64,000 nucleotides of DNA from Myxococcales bacterium (GCA_043747615.1 JAYTOU010000032.1:53899-117898); one strand, 5' to 3'. Shown: positions 47,849-58,946, numbered from the stretch's first letter. Made by a program: numbers and translations. The notes: generated by a model not told the origin, from the letters alone.

Positions 47849-47887
47849 GTCACCCCGAGCGGGTTGTCGGCTCGGGGTGTCTTGGGC

Positions 47888-48301
47888 TTACACCCTGCGG
47901 CGCTTGGGGGGACGGCAGCCGTTGTGCGGCACCGGCGTCACGTCACGGATGAGCGTGACCTTGAAGCCCGCCGTCTGCAGCGCACGGAGCGCGCTCTCGC
48001 GACCGGCTCCGGGGCCCTTCACGAAGATCGCGACCGAACGCATCCCGTGCTCCATTGCCTTGCGCGCGGCTTCCTCGGCAGCGAGCTGGGCGGCGAACGG
48101 GGTGCTCTTGCGCGAGCCTTTGAAACCGCGCGAGCCGGCGCTCGACCACGCAACGGCATTTCCGTTGACGTCCGTGATCGTGACGACCGTGTTGTTGAAG
48201 GTCGATTGAATGTGCGCGATTCCCGTCGCGACGTTCTTCTTGACCTTCTTCTTGGGGGTTTTTGCCTTCGGGGCCGACGTGGCCGATTTCGCAGTTGCCA
48301 T
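47888..48301 (-). CDS. rpsK: 30S ribosomal protein S11
   Basis: [32 protein letters not shown]. Confidence 0.99.
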   Translation of the reverse strand: MATAKSATSAPKAKTPKKKVKKNVATGIAHIQSTFNNTVVTITDVNGNAVAWSSAGSRGFKGSRKSTPFAAQLAAEEAARKAMEHGMRSVAIFVKGPGAGRESALRALQTAGFKVTLIRDVTPVPHNGCRPPKRRRV

Positions 48302-48318
48302 GAGTTACTCCAGGAACC

Positions 48319-48699
48319 TTAAACCGTGGGCTTTCGCGCGCGCGAAAGGATGCCCTTACGCGGTCCCTTGCGGGTGCGGGCGTTCGTGTGCGTGCGCTGC
48401 CCGTTTACCGGGAGGCCCTTGCGATGGCGAAGGCCGCGGTAGCAGCCGATGTCCATCAATCGCTTGATGTTCGTCTGCACTTCGCGACGGAGGTCGCCCT
48501 CTACTTTGTATTCGGTCTCGAGGAGCTCGCGGATCTTCTTGATCTCGGTCTCAGTGAGCTCTTCGGTCTGCTTGTTGAGCGGGATTCCCGCTCGGTTGCA
48601 GATCTCACGCGCAAGCGTCTTTCCCACGCCGTAGAGGTACGGAAGGGCATAGGCAATCTGCTTGTGACGGGGAAGGTCGACGCCGGCGATACGAGCCAT
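48319..48699 (-). CDS. rpsM: 30S ribosomal protein S13
   Basis: [31 protein letters not shown]. Confidence 0.99.
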   Translation of the reverse strand: MARIAGVDLPRHKQIAYALPYLYGVGKTLAREICNRAGIPLNKQTEELTETEIKKIRELLETEYKVEGDLRREVQTNIKRLMDIGCYRGLRHRKGLPVNGQRTHTNARTRKGPRKGILSRARKPTV

Positions 48700-48705
48700 T
48701 TGTGG

Positions 48706-48819
48706 TTATCCTTGACGCTGCTTGTGACGGGGATTCTCGCAAATGATTCGGACCACGCCCTTACGGCGGACCACTTTACATTTGTCGCAAATCTTTTTGA
48801 CCGAGGGACGAACTTTCAT
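48706..48819 (-). CDS. rpmJ: 50S ribosomal protein L36 (not in ORF track)
   Basis: Manual translation [37 protein letters not shown]. Confidence 0.98.
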   Translation of the reverse strand: MKVRPSVKKICDKCKVVRRKGVVRIICENPRHKQRQG

Positions 48820-48827
48820 AGGACTCT

Positions 48828-49070
48828 CTACTTATGTCGATAGGTGATGCGGCCGCGACTTGGATCGTATGGACTGACTTCGACCGTGACGCGGTCACCT
48901 GGGAGGATTCGAATATAAAACTGGCGCATTCTGCCGCTGATCGTAGCGAGGACGACGAGCCCGTTGTCGCACTTCACGCGAAACATCGCGTTCGGCAGCG
49001 CTTCTTGGACGACGCCGTCGAACTCCAGCTTGTCGCCCTTAGGCTCTTTTCGTTCCCGACGCTCACTCAT
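48828..49070 (-). CDS. infA: translation initiation factor IF-1
   Basis: [35 protein letters not shown]. Confidence 0.98.
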   Translation of the reverse strand: MSERRERKEPKGDKLEFDGVVQEALPNAMFRVKCDNGLVVLATISGRMRQFYIRILPGDRVTVEVSPYDPSRGRITYRHK

Positions 49071-49732
49071 TTATTGGCTGATTCCTTCTTCTGTTCCGGC
49101 TTCTTCTCAGAGAGGCCGACGGCGCTAAGAACCCGTGCGGTCACTTCTTCTACCGACCCCACTCCATCGATCCGCTTGAGATTCCCACGCTTCTCGTAAA
49201 ACGGAAGAAGCTCACTGGTCATGCTGTCGTACGTATCCAGACGCTTTTGAACCACGGCTTCATGGTCGTCCGCCCGGTGCTCGAGCTCCGCATCGGGGGG
49301 AGGGGGTTTGTACTTCAAATGATAAATCTGTCCAGTACGTTTGTCCGTGCGGCGTAGCACTGCGCGCTCCATGAGGAGCTCACGGGGCACATCGATGGCG
49401 AGGACCGTGTCGAGCTTTTGCCCGCGCTGCGCGAGAAGGGAACCAAGCGCTTCTGCCTGGGGAACGGTGCGGGGAAATCCGTCGAGGAGAAATCCGTTCT
49501 TTGCGTCCGCGTCCTTCGTGCGCTGATCGATGAGATCGATCACCACGTCATCAGGAACGAGACCGCCCGCTGCCATCTTCGCGACGAGCTCCAGCGGAAG
49601 CCGGCCCTCGCTCTTCGCGGCCCGAAGCATGTCACCCGTCGAGATCTGCGGAACGTGGGCGTGCTTGCAGAGCTCTTTCGCCTGCGTCCCCTTCCCTGCG
49701 CCCGGAGGGCCCACGAGAACGACGCGCATCAC
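49067..49732 (-). CDS. adk: adenylate kinase
   Basis: [31 protein letters not shown]. Confidence 0.98.
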   Translation of the reverse strand: MMRVVLVGPPGAGKGTQAKELCKHAHVPQISTGDMLRAAKSEGRLPLELVAKMAAGGLVPDDVVIDLIDQRTKDADAKNGFLLDGFPRTVPQAEALGSLLAQRGQKLDTVLAIDVPRELLMERAVLRRTDKRTGQIYHLKYKPPPPDAELEHRADDHEAVVQKRLDTYDSMTSELLPFYEKRGNLKRIDGVGSVEEVTARVLSAVGLSEKKPEQKKESANK

Positions 49733-51072
49733 GTGTCCCTCCTGCCGCGGACGCGCGTTGCTTTGCCGCCGGCTCCGGAGAGTCCTTCGTAGTTACGCGT
49801 GATGAGGTGCGCTTCGATCTGGCTGACGGTGTCGAGGGCCACGCCGACAACGATCATGATCGACGTCCCACCCCAGCGAAACGGGACGTGGAACGCTTCG
49901 CTCACGACCGTGGGAACGATGCATACTGCAGCGACGTAGAGCGACCCGCCAAACGTGATGCGCGTGAGGACGTGATCGATGTAGTCGGCCGTCTGCTTCC
50001 CCTGGCGAATGCTGGGGATGAAAGCCTGCTGCTTTTTGAGGTTGTCGGCCACGTCGACGGCTTGGAAGGTGACCGCCGTGTAGAAGTAGCAAAAGAAGAT
50101 GATCAGGCCAACGTAGAACATGTTGAAGACCCAGTCGCCGCGCTGGAGCATGCCCTGGAGCGTCGACATCCCCGGGATCTTGAAGTTCGCGAGGGTCGCC
50201 GGAAACATCAGCAGCGACGAGGCGAAGATCGGCGGGATGGTTCCTGCGGTGTTCACGCGGAGCGGGAGGTGCGCAGTTTGCCCGCCGTACACGCGTCTGC
50301 CGACCGTGCGGCGTGCGTAGTAGATCGGGATTTTCCGCTGCCCACGCTCGAAGAAAACGATCGTGGCCACGGTGGCGAGAACGAGCGCCGTCACCGCCGC
50401 GAGATTGAGCGGCTGAATGTTCCCTTTGTTCGTCTGGAAGTAGTTGAAGATTCCAGCGGGGATGCCGTCGACGATTCCCGCGAAGATGATGAGCGAGATT
50501 CCGTTGCCGATACCGCGCTCGGTGATCTGCTCGCCAACCCACATCATGAAGCAGGTGCCGGTGGTGAGGGTGAGGACACTCATGAGGCGGAAGCTCCAGC
50601 CCGCGTGGACGACGACGTCGCCGACGTGGGAGCTGTCCGAGAGATCGCCGTTGTTGAGCGCTTCGAGGCTCATGGCGATACCGAAGCTCTGCACGAGCGA
50701 AAGAAGAATCGTTCCGTATCGCGTGTACTGGTTGATCTTACGCTGCCCCTGCTCGCCTTCCTTGCGGAGCTCGTCGAGGGGCTTGAAGACCATCGTCAGA
50801 AGCTGGAGCACGATGCTCGCGCTGACGTACGGCATGATGCCGAGAGCAAAGATCGAGAGGTTCCCGAGCGCGCCGCCGCTGAACATATTGAAGAGACCGA
50901 GAAGGCCTCCGCCCTGCTTGCTCACCACGGCCTGCATCACATTCCGGTCGACTCCGGGAATGGTGACGAAGACGCCGATGCGATAGACGGCAAGCAAAGC
51001 GAGCGTGAAAATAACCCGCTTCCGGAGCTCCGGCACTTTGCCGATGTTCGCGAAACCGGAGAGGCCAGCCAT
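49729..51072 (-). CDS. secY: preprotein translocase SecY
   Basis: SIFALGIMPYVSASI, GIGNGISLIIF, GGTS..I.VGV. Confidence 0.99.
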   Translation of the reverse strand: MAGLSGFANIGKVPELRKRVIFTLALLAVYRIGVFVTIPGVDRNVMQAVVSKQGGGLLGLFNMFSGGALGNLSIFALGIMPYVSASIVLQLLTMVFKPLDELRKEGEQGQRKINQYTRYGTILLSLVQSFGIAMSLEALNNGDLSDSSHVGDVVVHAGWSFRLMSVLTLTTGTCFMMWVGEQITERGIGNGISLIIFAGIVDGIPAGIFNYFQTNKGNIQPLNLAAVTALVLATVATIVFFERGQRKIPIYYARRTVGRRVYGGQTAHLPLRVNTAGTIPPIFASSLLMFPATLANFKIPGMSTLQGMLQRGDWVFNMFYVGLIIFFCYFYTAVTFQAVDVADNLKKQQAFIPSIRQGKQTADYIDHVLTRITFGGSLYVAAVCIVPTVVSEAFHVPFRWGGTSIMIVVGVALDTVSQIEAHLITRNYEGLSGAGGKATRVRGRRDT

Positions 51073-51088
51073 GTGAAGTGCCTCGGTC

Positions 51089-51547
51089 CTACTGGGCCGC
51101 GACTGCGGTCGCGAGGATGGCCTTGCCGCCGGCCTTCTCGATTTTCGCAGCTGCCGTCTTCGAAAACGCGTGGGCCGTGACGATGACCGACTTCGTGATC
51201 TCCCCGTTGCCGAGGATCTTGATCTCGTCGCATGCGCCCTTCACGAGACCGCGGTCACGCAGAGCGCGTTCGTCGACCTTGGCGCCGGCGCCAAAGATTT
51301 CGAGCGAGCTGACGTTGACCTCTGCCACCTTCTTGGCAAAGGCGTTGGTGAATCCGCGCTTGGGAAGGCGGCGCGCGAGCGGAGTCTGCCCGCCTTCAAA
51401 GCCGCGCTTGATACCGTTACGCGCGTACTGGCCTTTTTGGCCACGACCTGCGGTCTTACCGAGGCCTGAACCGACGCCGCGACCTTTTCGGGTCTTCGGT
51501 TTGTTAGAGCCGACCGGCTTTGCAAGCTTGGAGAGTGTGTCCGACAT
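51089..51547 (-). CDS. rplO: 50S ribosomal protein L15
   Basis: GRGVGSGLGKTAGRGQKGQ, FEGGQTPL.RRLPKRGF. Confidence 0.98.
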   Translation of the reverse strand: MSDTLSKLAKPVGSNKPKTRKGRGVGSGLGKTAGRGQKGQYARNGIKRGFEGGQTPLARRLPKRGFTNAFAKKVAEVNVSSLEIFGAGAKVDERALRDRGLVKGACDEIKILGNGEITKSVIVTAHAFSKTAAAKIEKAGGKAILATAVAAQ

Positions 51548-51570
51548 GAGAATTCAAGAAGCGGCGGCAA

Positions 51571-51759
51571 TCAGCCGTCGACTTCCTCCACGGTGATGAG
51601 GTGCATGACCTTCTTGACCGCACCACGGAAAGACGGGGTGTTCTTGACCACGACCTCCGAGCCGGGGCCACGGAGCCCGAGCCCCTTGATCGTCGAACGC
51701 ATCGGCTCCGACTGCCCGATGACGCTCTTCATTTGCTTGACGCGCAGGCTGGTTTTCAC
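51571..51759 (-). CDS. rpmD: 50S ribosomal protein L30
   Basis: GTG start overlapping the rpsE stop; KSVIG, GLGLR, NTPSFRG...KV.HL. Confidence 0.93.
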   Translation of the reverse strand: MKTSLRVKQMKSVIGQSEPMRSTIKGLGLRGPGSEVVVKNTPSFRGAVKKVMHLITVEEVDG

Positions 51760-52334
51760 GGCGTCTCCATGCTGGGTGCGCTCTGGCGAGTGCCGGTCAG
51801 GCTGGTGAGGCTCGCCGACGACTTGCGATCGAGCGGGATGAGATCCGTCGCGACTTTGCCGCGCTTGGCGGCCATCATGTCGAGGCTCTTGAGTGACTTG
51901 AGAGCCTTGATGGTCGCGCGAACGACGTTGTGAGGATTCGCGCTGCCGATGCATTTCGTGAGGATGTCGTGGATGCCCGCGCTCTCGACGACGGCGCGAA
52001 CTGCGCCGCCCGCGATGACGCCGGTTCCTGCCGAGGCAGGCTTCAAGAAGACTTCGCCCGCACCGAAATGTCCGAGGACCTGGTGCGGAATGGTGACGCC
52101 GTTCAGCGGCACTCGGAAGACGTTCTTGCGCGCCTGATCATTCCCCTTCCGAATGGCTTCGGGAACTTCATTCGCTTTGCCGAGCCCTACTCCCACGTGA
52201 CCAGCTTCGTCGCCAACGACGACGAGCGCCGCGAACGAGAAACGGCGGCCGCCCTTGACGACCTTCGCCACGCGGTTGATGTGGATGATGCGCTCTTTGA
52301 GCTTGTCTTCGTCGATCTGATCGTAGGCTGCCAT
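51756..52334 (-). CDS. rpsE: 30S ribosomal protein S5
   Basis: [32 protein letters not shown]. Confidence 0.99.
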   Translation of the reverse strand: MAAYDQIDEDKLKERIIHINRVAKVVKGGRRFSFAALVVVGDEAGHVGVGLGKANEVPEAIRKGNDQARKNVFRVPLNGVTIPHQVLGHFGAGEVFLKPASAGTGVIAGGAVRAVVESAGIHDILTKCIGSANPHNVVRATIKALKSLKSLDMMAAKRGKVATDLIPLDRKSSASLTSLTGTRQSAPSMETP

Positions 52335-52346
52335 GTTCTATGTCCC

Positions 52347-52703
52347 TTAAAACTTCAGGCCGGCTTCGCGAGCCGCTTCGGCGAGGGCTGCAACGCGCCC
52401 GTGGTAGAGGTATCCGTTGCGGTCGAAGACCACGGAGCTGATGCCCTTGGCGAGGAGAAGCTTGGCAATGACCGCGCCGACCTTCTTGGCCTCGGCGCTC
52501 TTCGTCGCATCGTCTGCGCCGCGAACGCTGGCCGAGAGCGTAGACGCGTGTGCGACGGTCGTCCCGCCCACGTCGTCGACACACTGCGCGTAGATGTGCT
52601 TCGCGCTGCGGAAGACCGTCAGCCGCGGTCGTTCGCTCGTTCCACTGATCTTGCGGCGGATGCGGAGCTTGCGGCGCTCGCGCCCTACGATTTGCATTGC
52701 CAT
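52347..52703 (-). CDS. rplR: 50S ribosomal protein L18
   Basis: [27 protein letters not shown]. Confidence 0.98.
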   Translation of the reverse strand: MAMQIVGRERRKLRIRRKISGTSERPRLTVFRSAKHIYAQCVDDVGGTTVAHASTLSASVRGADDATKSAEAKKVGAVIAKLLLAKGISSVVFDRNGYLYHGRVAALAEAAREAGLKF

Positions 52704-52705
52704 GA

Positions 52706-53314
52706 CTATTTCCCGCCTTTTCCAGCTTTGCCCGCCTTGATGCGGACCTTTTCACCTTGGTAGCGAACGCCTTTACCGCCGTAAGGCTCCGGCGGGCGGA
52801 AGCCACGAATCTTGGCCGCGGTCTCGCCCATTTTCTCTTTGTCGGCGCCGGTGAGGATGATGATCGTCCCTTTCGAGTCGCCCGGAATCTCGGCCTTGAT
52901 CCCGGCCGGGATCGGGAAGAGCACCGGATGGGAAAAGCCGAGGAGGAGATTGATCGACTGCCCCTTCACTTCGGCGCGGTACCCCGTTCCAACGAGCTGG
53001 AGCGTCTTCGTGTAGCCAGTGCCGGCGCCGAGGATCATCGAGTTGATGAGCGCGCGCGCGAGGCCTTGAAACCGCGCGCCGTCGCGACCACCGATGGTGG
53101 GCTGAACGGAGACCGTGGCTCCTTCGATCTTCACTGCAACGTTCGGCGGGAGGACGCGGGTCATGGACCCCTTCGGGCCCTTGATGTCGATCACGCCTGC
53201 GTTGAGGGTTGCCGTGACTCCCTTGGGAATCTCGACGGGAATCTTTCCGACGCGCGACTGCTTGAATTCGCTCTTTACGGGAGCTGCAGCCGCTTTGGTG
53301 GTTTGGGCAGTCAT
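52706..53314 (-). CDS. rplF: 50S ribosomal protein L6
   Basis: [32 protein letters not shown] 53314. Confidence 0.98.
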   Translation of the reverse strand: MTAQTTKAAAAPVKSEFKQSRVGKIPVEIPKGVTATLNAGVIDIKGPKGSMTRVLPPNVAVKIEGATVSVQPTIGGRDGARFQGLARALINSMILGAGTGYTKTLQLVGTGYRAEVKGQSINLLLGFSHPVLFPIPAGIKAEIPGDSKGTIIILTGADKEKMGETAAKIRGFRPPEPYGGKGVRYQGEKVRIKAGKAGKGGK

Positions 53315-53318
53315 GGGA

Positions 53319-53741
53319 TCACCAGATCTCGCAGAGGAGTTCGCCACCGACACGCTGCTTACGCGCATCCTTGTCGGTCATAACTCCGCGACTGGTGCTG
53401 AGGATGGAAACGCCCATCCCCGAGCAGACCTTCGGAATGCGATCGTGGCGGACGTACACGCGGCGACCAGGGGTCGAGACGCGGCGGACGCCGTCGATCG
53501 CGCTCTGCTTGTCGCGGCCATAACGGAGGACGAGAGTAAGCGTGCGAACGGTTCCGGGCTTGGTTCCTGGAGCAACGTCATCGGGGTCGCTCACGCGCAC
53601 GTCGTCGATGAAGCCTTCGCCTTTGAGCACTTCACCAATGTGCTGTTTCAAGTGCGAGTGCGGCATCTCGATGCGGTCATGACGCGCGAGCGCGCCATTG
53701 CGGATACGAGTCAACATGTCAGCGATCGGATCGGTCATCAT
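53319..53741 (-). CDS. rpsH: 30S ribosomal protein S8
   Basis: DPIADMLTRIRN, S.PGRRVY, STSRG, GGE. Confidence 0.98.
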   Translation of the reverse strand: MMTDPIADMLTRIRNGALARHDRIEMPHSHLKQHIGEVLKGEGFIDDVRVSDPDDVAPGTKPGTVRTLTLVLRYGRDKQSAIDGVRRVSTPGRRVYVRHDRIPKVCSGMGVSILSTSRGVMTDKDARKQRVGGELLCEIW

Positions 53742-53745
53742 GGGA

Positions 53746-53931
53746 TCACCAGCTCGCCTTGATCACTCCGGGGATTTCCCCACGGAGCGCAAAAAGCCTC
53801 AGACACACGCGGCAAAGCTCGAACTTGCGGTAGTAACCGCGAGCGCGACCACACACTTTGCAGCGGCTACGATGCCGCACCGGAAATTTCGGTGCGCGAT
53901 TGAGTTTTGCGAATTGACAGGCACGAGCCAT
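53746..53931 (-). CDS. rpsN: 30S ribosomal protein S14 (Zn-binding, 61 aa)
   Basis: RCKVCGR...LCRVC.R...GEIPGV.KASW. Confidence 0.97.
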   Translation of the reverse strand: MARACQFAKLNRAPKFPVRHRSRCKVCGRARGYYRKFELCRVCLRLFALRGEIPGVIKASW

Positions 53932-53979
53932 CTTCAGTTCCTCTTTTGTAAAATTCGCGAGAGCGGCGTGATCGGGCGA

Positions 53980-54612
53980 TCAGGCTGCGCGGAAGGGCAT
54001 CCCAAGTTGTTGGAGAAGGGCGCGGCCCTCGTCGTCGGTTCGCGCGGTGGTCACGAAGCTGATGTTCATGCCCTTGATGACGTCGATGCGATCGTAGTTG
54101 ATTTCCGGAAAGATGATCTGCTCGCGGAGGCCGAGCGTGTAATTTCCCTTGCCGTCGAACGCCTTGCGCGAGACGCCGTGGAAGTCACGGGTGCGGGGAA
54201 GCGCGATCGTGATCAGACGATCGAGGAACTCCCACATGCGCGCGCTGCGCAGGGTGACCATGGCCCCGATCGGAATGCCCGCGCGGAGCTTGAAGCTCGC
54301 GATCGCCTTCTTGGCCCGCGTGATGACCGGCTTCTGACCGGTGATCGCGCGAATCTCTTCGACCGCCGCTTCGACGATCTTGGGATTTGTGACCGCAGCG
54401 CCAAGGCCCATGTTCAGAACGATCTTCTGAAGGCGGGGAACCTGATTCGGGTTCTTGTAACTGAATTGCTTGGTGAGCGCGGGGACGATGTCCTTCTTGT
54501 AGCGGTCAAGGAACCGCGGCGCGATCCCCTCGACGGACGTCGTGACCTTCGACTCGGGGGTCGAGTCGGACTTCGACTTTTTCTCGCCCTTTTTTTCTTT
54601 TTTAGCAGCCAT
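53980..54612 (-). CDS. rplE: 50S ribosomal protein L5
   Basis: KIVLNMG.G, TGQKP, LPR.RDF.G, FPEI. Confidence 0.99.
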   Translation of the reverse strand: MAAKKEKKGEKKSKSDSTPESKVTTSVEGIAPRFLDRYKKDIVPALTKQFSYKNPNQVPRLQKIVLNMGLGAAVTNPKIVEAAVEEIRAITGQKPVITRAKKAIASFKLRAGIPIGAMVTLRSARMWEFLDRLITIALPRTRDFHGVSRKAFDGKGNYTLGLREQIIFPEINYDRIDVIKGMNISFVTTARTDDEGRALLQQLGMPFRAA

Positions 54613-54621
54613 GACGGTCCC

Positions 54622-54963
54622 TTATTTCTTCTCAGCGCGGGGCGCTGACGGAATCTCTTCGCCGCTCTTCACCGCGACGCGGGTCTTCTTACCCTTGTCG
54701 TCGACCGAGAACTTGACGCGCGTGCCTTTGCCCGTTTTCGGATCGACCGGCATCACTTTGCAGGCGTGGATGGCCGCCTCGCGCTCGAGGATCCCGCCTT
54801 GGGGGCTCTTCGGCGAAGGGCGCATGTGGCGCTTGATGAGGTTGATTCCTTCGACGATGACCTTGTCGTCGTCGACGAGAATCCGGGCGATCTTGCCCTT
54901 CTTGCCCTTGTCCTTGCCGCTTATGACGACGACGGTGTCGCCCTTACGAAGACGAGCCGCCAT
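54622..54963 (-). CDS. rplX: 50S ribosomal protein L24
   Basis: [25 protein letters not shown] overlaps the rplN stop. Confidence 0.97.
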   Translation of the reverse strand: MAARLRKGDTVVVISGKDKGKKGKIARILVDDDKVIVEGINLIKRHMRPSPKSPQGGILEREAAIHACKVMPVDPKTGKGTRVKFSVDDKGKKTRVAVKSGEEIPSAPRAEKK

Positions 54964-55331
54964 CACAGCACCTCCGGCGCAAGCGAAATGATCTTCATGA
55001 ACTTTTTCCCGCGGAGCTCGCGAGCGACCGGGCCAAAGATGCGGGTCCCGATGGGCTCGAACTGCAGGTTGATGAGGACAGCGCTGTTCTCGTCGAACTT
55101 GATGTAGCTGCCGTCGGCGCGCGACTGCTCGCGGCGGGTGCGGACGACGACCGCTCGCGCGATGTCCCCCTTCTTCACCTTGGCGCCGGGAAGAGCTTCT
55201 TTGATGGAGACGACGATGACGTCTCCAATGCTGGCGTAGCGCCGGCGCGATCCGCCGATCACCTTCACGCACTGGACTCGTTTTGCGCCGCTGTTGTCGG
55301 CGCAGTCCAGAATGGTTCGCATCTGAATCAT
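54963..55331 (-). CDS. rplN: 50S ribosomal protein L14
   Basis: MIQ...[25 protein letters not shown]. Confidence 0.99.
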   Translation of the reverse strand: MIQMRTILDCADNSGAKRVQCVKVIGGSRRRYASIGDVIVVSIKEALPGAKVKKGDIARAVVVRTRREQSRADGSYIKFDENSAVLINLQFEPIGTRIFGPVARELRGKKFMKIISLAPEVL

Positions 55332-55368
55332 GACTGTTCTTTCTTAGACGCCGCGTGGGAACGCGTCG

Positions 55369-55740
55369 TCACTCCTCGATGAACTTTTTGACGAGGCGCA
55401 CGACGACAAAGCGCTTGTCGCGCGAGATCGGGGCGTGCTCCTGAATTTCTACCTGATCGCCGACGTTGTATTGATTCGTCTCGTCGTGCGCTTTGAAGCG
55501 GACGCGCGTGCGAACGTACTTTCCGTAGAGCGCGTCGCGGTGCGAGTTGATCGCCTCGACGACGACGGTCTTCATCATCTTGTTCTTGATGACCTTGCCG
55601 ACGATCTTGCGGCGGAACCCGTGGGCCTCGTGCGACGAGTCGAGCTCGGCAGTCGAGCTCGGCGCCTTGGGGGCGACGGCTTTCGTGACTGCGGGAGCCG
55701 CTTTTTTCTTCGGCGCTTGCGACTTCTCTGCGGTTGCCAT
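55369..55740 (-). CDS. rpsQ: 30S ribosomal protein S17 (N-terminally extended)
   Basis: KM.KTVVV, YGK, KAHDE, GD.V.I, PIS..K. Confidence 0.95.
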   Translation of the reverse strand: MATAEKSQAPKKKAAPAVTKAVAPKAPSSTAELDSSHEAHGFRRKIVGKVIKNKMMKTVVVEAINSHRDALYGKYVRTRVRFKAHDETNQYNVGDQVEIQEHAPISRDKRFVVVRLVKKFIEE

Positions 55741-55742
55741 GG

Positions 55743-56090
55743 CTACTTCTTCTCGCTCTTCGCCGCTGCCTTCGCGGCCTTCGGCTTGGTGGTTTTCTCA
55801 GTGGCCGTTTTTGCGGCTTTCGGAGCCTTCGGCGCAGCAAGCTTCGCGGCGGGCTTCGCAGCTTTCGGGGCTGCTTCCGTTCCCGCGCTCGCTGCCATCG
55901 CTTTTTGAACGAGAAGCGTCTTCACGCGCGCAAGCTCACGGCGCGTGCTCTTGATGACACTTGTGTCGTCGAGGCGGTTCGTGAAGTTCTTGAAGCGCCC
56001 GGCAAATTTCTCGCCGGCAAGCTTCTTTTCGAGCTCTTTGAGATCCTCCACCGAACGCTCGCGGAGATCCTTGGCTTTCGCGGATTTCAT
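55743..56090 (-). CDS. rpmC: 50S ribosomal protein L29 with K/A/P-rich tail
   Basis: KAKDLRE, RRELARVKT; position between rplP and rpsQ. Confidence 0.93.
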   Translation of the reverse strand: MKSAKAKDLRERSVEDLKELEKKLAGEKFAGRFKNFTNRLDDTSVIKSTRRELARVKTLLVQKAMAASAGTEAAPKAAKPAAKLAAPKAPKAAKTATEKTTKPKAAKAAAKSEKK

Positions 56091-56092
56091 TT

Positions 56093-56506
56093 TCAGGTCA
56101 CTCCACGCACTAGGAATTTGTAACCGATGGGGAGCTTGTGGCCTGCGAGGCGAAAGGCTTCGCGCGCTGACTTCTCGTCAACGCCGGAAATTTCGTACAT
56201 CACGCGACCGGGGAGGACGACGGCCGCCCACTCCTCGACGCCACCTTTGCCGCCTCCCATTCGAACTTCGAGCGGCTTCTTCGTGACCGGACGGTCCGGG
56301 AAGACGCGAATCCAGAGCTTTCCGGCGCGCTTTACGTGGCGGGTGATCGCCATTCGAGCCGCTTCGATCTGACGGGCGGTGAGGCGACCCGGTTCGACGG
56401 CTTGCATGCCGAAGTCGCCGAAGTCAACATCGGAGCCGCGCTGCGCGAGGCCGCGGTTGTTGCCCTTCTGCATCTTTCGATATTTTGTTCGTTTGGGAGA
56501 AAGCAT
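56093..56506 (-). CDS. rplP: 50S ribosomal protein L16
   Basis: [24 protein letters not shown]. Confidence 0.99.
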   Translation of the reverse strand: MLSPKRTKYRKMQKGNNRGLAQRGSDVDFGDFGMQAVEPGRLTARQIEAARMAITRHVKRAGKLWIRVFPDRPVTKKPLEVRMGGGKGGVEEWAAVVLPGRVMYEISGVDEKSAREAFRLAGHKLPIGYKFLVRGVT

Positions 56507-56524
56507 TGGTCGTCTCTTAGATGA

Positions 56525-57229
56525 TCAGGAGGTCACGCCCGCGATGGGACGGCGATTGCGGCGCTGGAGAACCTCGCCCTTGAAGATCCAAACCTTGATT
56601 CCGATGATTCCGTATTTCGTCTTCGCTTCAGCGAGACCAAATTCGATATCGGCGCGGAGGGTGTGAAGCGGAACGCGTCCTTCACGGTAGGTCTCGACGC
56701 GGCTCATTTCGCTTCCGCCGAGCCGGCCGGAGCAGCGAATACGAATGCCTTTGGCGCCGAACTTCATGGCCGTGGAGAGGGCCTTTTTCATCGCTCGCCG
56801 AAACGCCACGCGGCGTTCGAGCTGGGTAGCGACGTTCTCGCCGACGAGCTGCGCCGAAGTCTCCGCCTTCCGGATTTCCTGGACGTCGATGAAGACTTCG
56901 TTCTCGGTAAAGGACTGCACGCCCGGGAAAAGAGTCTCCCCTTTGACTGCCGTCTTCAGATTACCGACTTTGAGGATCTCGATCCCCTTGCCGCCCTTGC
57001 CGATGACCATACCGGGGCGCGCGGTGTAGACGATGACCTTCGCCTTGTTCGCGGCGCGCTCGACTTCCACGGACGCGATGTTGGCGTTCATGAGGTAGTC
57101 TTTGACGGCCCGCTTGATGCGGATGTCTTCGTGGAGCCACTTGGCGTACGCCTTGTCCTCGAACCACTTGGAGTTCCAGGTTTTGATGATGCCGAGGCGG
57201 AAGCCTAACGGATGGACTTTCTGACCCAT
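56525..57229 (-). CDS. rpsC: 30S ribosomal protein S3
   Basis: [32 protein letters not shown]. Confidence 0.99.
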   Translation of the reverse strand: MGQKVHPLGFRLGIIKTWNSKWFEDKAYAKWLHEDIRIKRAVKDYLMNANIASVEVERAANKAKVIVYTARPGMVIGKGGKGIEILKVGNLKTAVKGETLFPGVQSFTENEVFIDVQEIRKAETSAQLVGENVATQLERRVAFRRAMKKALSTAMKFGAKGIRIRCSGRLGGSEMSRVETYREGRVPLHTLRADIEFGLAEAKTKYGIIGIKVWIFKGEVLQRRNRRPIAGVTS

Positions 57230-57253
57230 GGTTCTTTCGTGTCCTCGAAATGA

Positions 57254-57598
57254 CTAGGCGCGCTCGCCCAGAATGACGGTGATGTGGCTCATACCTTTTT
57301 GAATTCGCGTGGCGCGGCCCATGGCTCGCGGACGCCAGCGGCGCATGAATTTATTGGGCGCCTTGTCCACGAAAGCGGTCTCGACGAAGAGCGCGTCGAG
57401 GTCAACCCCGGGGCTCTGCGTGCGCGCGTTGGCAACGGCACTCTCGATGACCTTCTTCAAAACGGGCGAACCCGCTTTCCTGGTGAACTCAAGGAGTTGA
57501 AGAGCCTCCCCGGCCGAGCGGCCGCGGACGAGATTGACGACAACACGAGCCTTACGCGGGCTGAGCCGCGCGAAGCGGGCGATCGCTTTGCTAACCAT
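57254..57598 (-). CDS. rplV: 50S ribosomal protein L22
   Basis: SPRKAR.V, SAVANA, PRAMGRA, SHITV. Confidence 0.98.
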   Translation of the reverse strand: MVSKAIARFARLSPRKARVVVNLVRGRSAGEALQLLEFTRKAGSPVLKKVIESAVANARTQSPGVDLDALFVETAFVDKAPNKFMRRWRPRAMGRATRIQKGMSHITVILGERA

Positions 57599-57764
57599 GA
57601 CTTTTGGAACCTTTCGACGTCGTCGTACCTGCTTGCCTGACTGGCAAAAGCTTCCTCTGCGCCTTTCGGCGTACGAGGAGCAGGCCGTTACGACCGCCTA
57701 AAACCTACGAAGAAACGCGAACTTCGATGCGATCCTCAACCCACGTGTGGGCGAAGGGAGGCGT

Positions 57765-57792
57765 ACTTTACGCGCGGATGGGCAATTGGCAA
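57765..57792 (-). promoter_or_regulatory. candidate sigma70-type promoter for the rplV half-operon
   Basis: Minus strand TTGCCA-N16-TAAAGT followed by GC-rich ACGCCTCCC. Confidence 0.55.
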
Positions 57793-57847
57793 GGGAAAAA
57801 GGGGCATGGGATGAAGCGCGCATTCGTGCGATGAGTCAGCGCTGCCG

Positions 57848-58919
57848 ATGCGGGACACCCTGAAATGGGCGATGCGAGCGCTGGGCGTCCTTTTCTTGGC
57901 GTCAGGCGCCGAACGGCATGCCCATGCGCAAGCGCTTGCGAGCCCGCGGACCTCTTCTCTTAGCTGGGTTCGCCTTCCTGGTGCAGAGGAATGCGTGGCG
58001 ACGCAGCCCCTAGCGCGCGCGGTGGAAGCGCGTCTTGGGCGCACGGTGTTCGTTTCGGCGGCGCAGGCCGATGTCTCCGTCGAAGGGCGAATCGAGCCAA
58101 AAGCAAAGGGCTGGCATGCGGTCATCACCCTCCGGGATGCACGGGGGTGCTCTCCTCGGCACGCGCGAGCTCGCTCGGGACGAAAAATCGTGCGACGCGA
58201 TGCGCGAGCCTCTCGCCCTCGTGATCGCGGTGATGATCGATCCCGATGCTGCGCTCGGTCCGCGCCCCGTACCGCCCGCGCCGACGCCCACCGCTCCGGA
58301 GCCGCCGCCTGCGCCCGCTCGTCCGCCTCCGACGATCATCGTCGAGCGTGAACGCGTCTATGTTCCAGCTCCCGCAAGAGCGCGCTCGGCGCCATGGCGT
58401 TTGGAGGCGAGCGCGGCGGCGATCACGAGCCTCGGCCTCGTGCCGGGCGCTCCGATCGGCGCGTATGTGGGCGGGATCATCGAGCCTCCGCGATTCATCG
58501 GGCTCGAGGGGTACGCAGCGCTTTGGCCTTTTGGATCGAAGAGCACCGATGGCGGTGGGAGCGTGGCTTTTCAGCTCGCTTACGTCGGCGGCGCGCTCTG
58601 TCTTCTTAGGCTGCACACCGAAACAGTCCATCTTTATGGATGCCTCGGGATGCAGGTCGGTGTCTTGCGAAGCGACGGCACCTCGCTCGCCGTCCCGGCC
58701 TCGGCGACATTTCACCCGGTCGTGAACGAGGCGGCCGAAAGGCGTCTGAGCGTGAAGGTCGTCGGCCCGTTCGTCTTCCGCACGGGGGTCGCGCTCATCG
58801 TCCACATCGTCCGCGATCACTTCGTCAACACGCGCTCCGACGGGACGAGCGGCGAGCTTTTTCGGATGTCGGTAGTCGCGACGACCCTCGATGTCGGCAT
58901 CGGGGTGATCTTTCCATGA
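57848..58919 (+). pseudogene. secreted/outer-membrane protein gene split by a +1 frameshift
   Basis: Signal peptide and N-domain in ORF 57848; continuation ALLGTRELARDEKSC...ALVIAVMIDP in ORF 58035 frame; removing one G from GGGGG at 58143-58147 joins them. Confidence 0.75.
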
Positions 58920-58946
58920 TAATCGGCTCCCTGAGCCCCCACTTCA

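Noticed and set aside
47851..47879. Hairpin after rpsK as an intrinsic terminator
   Set aside because: No U-tract follows on the minus strand; kept only as part of the leader finding
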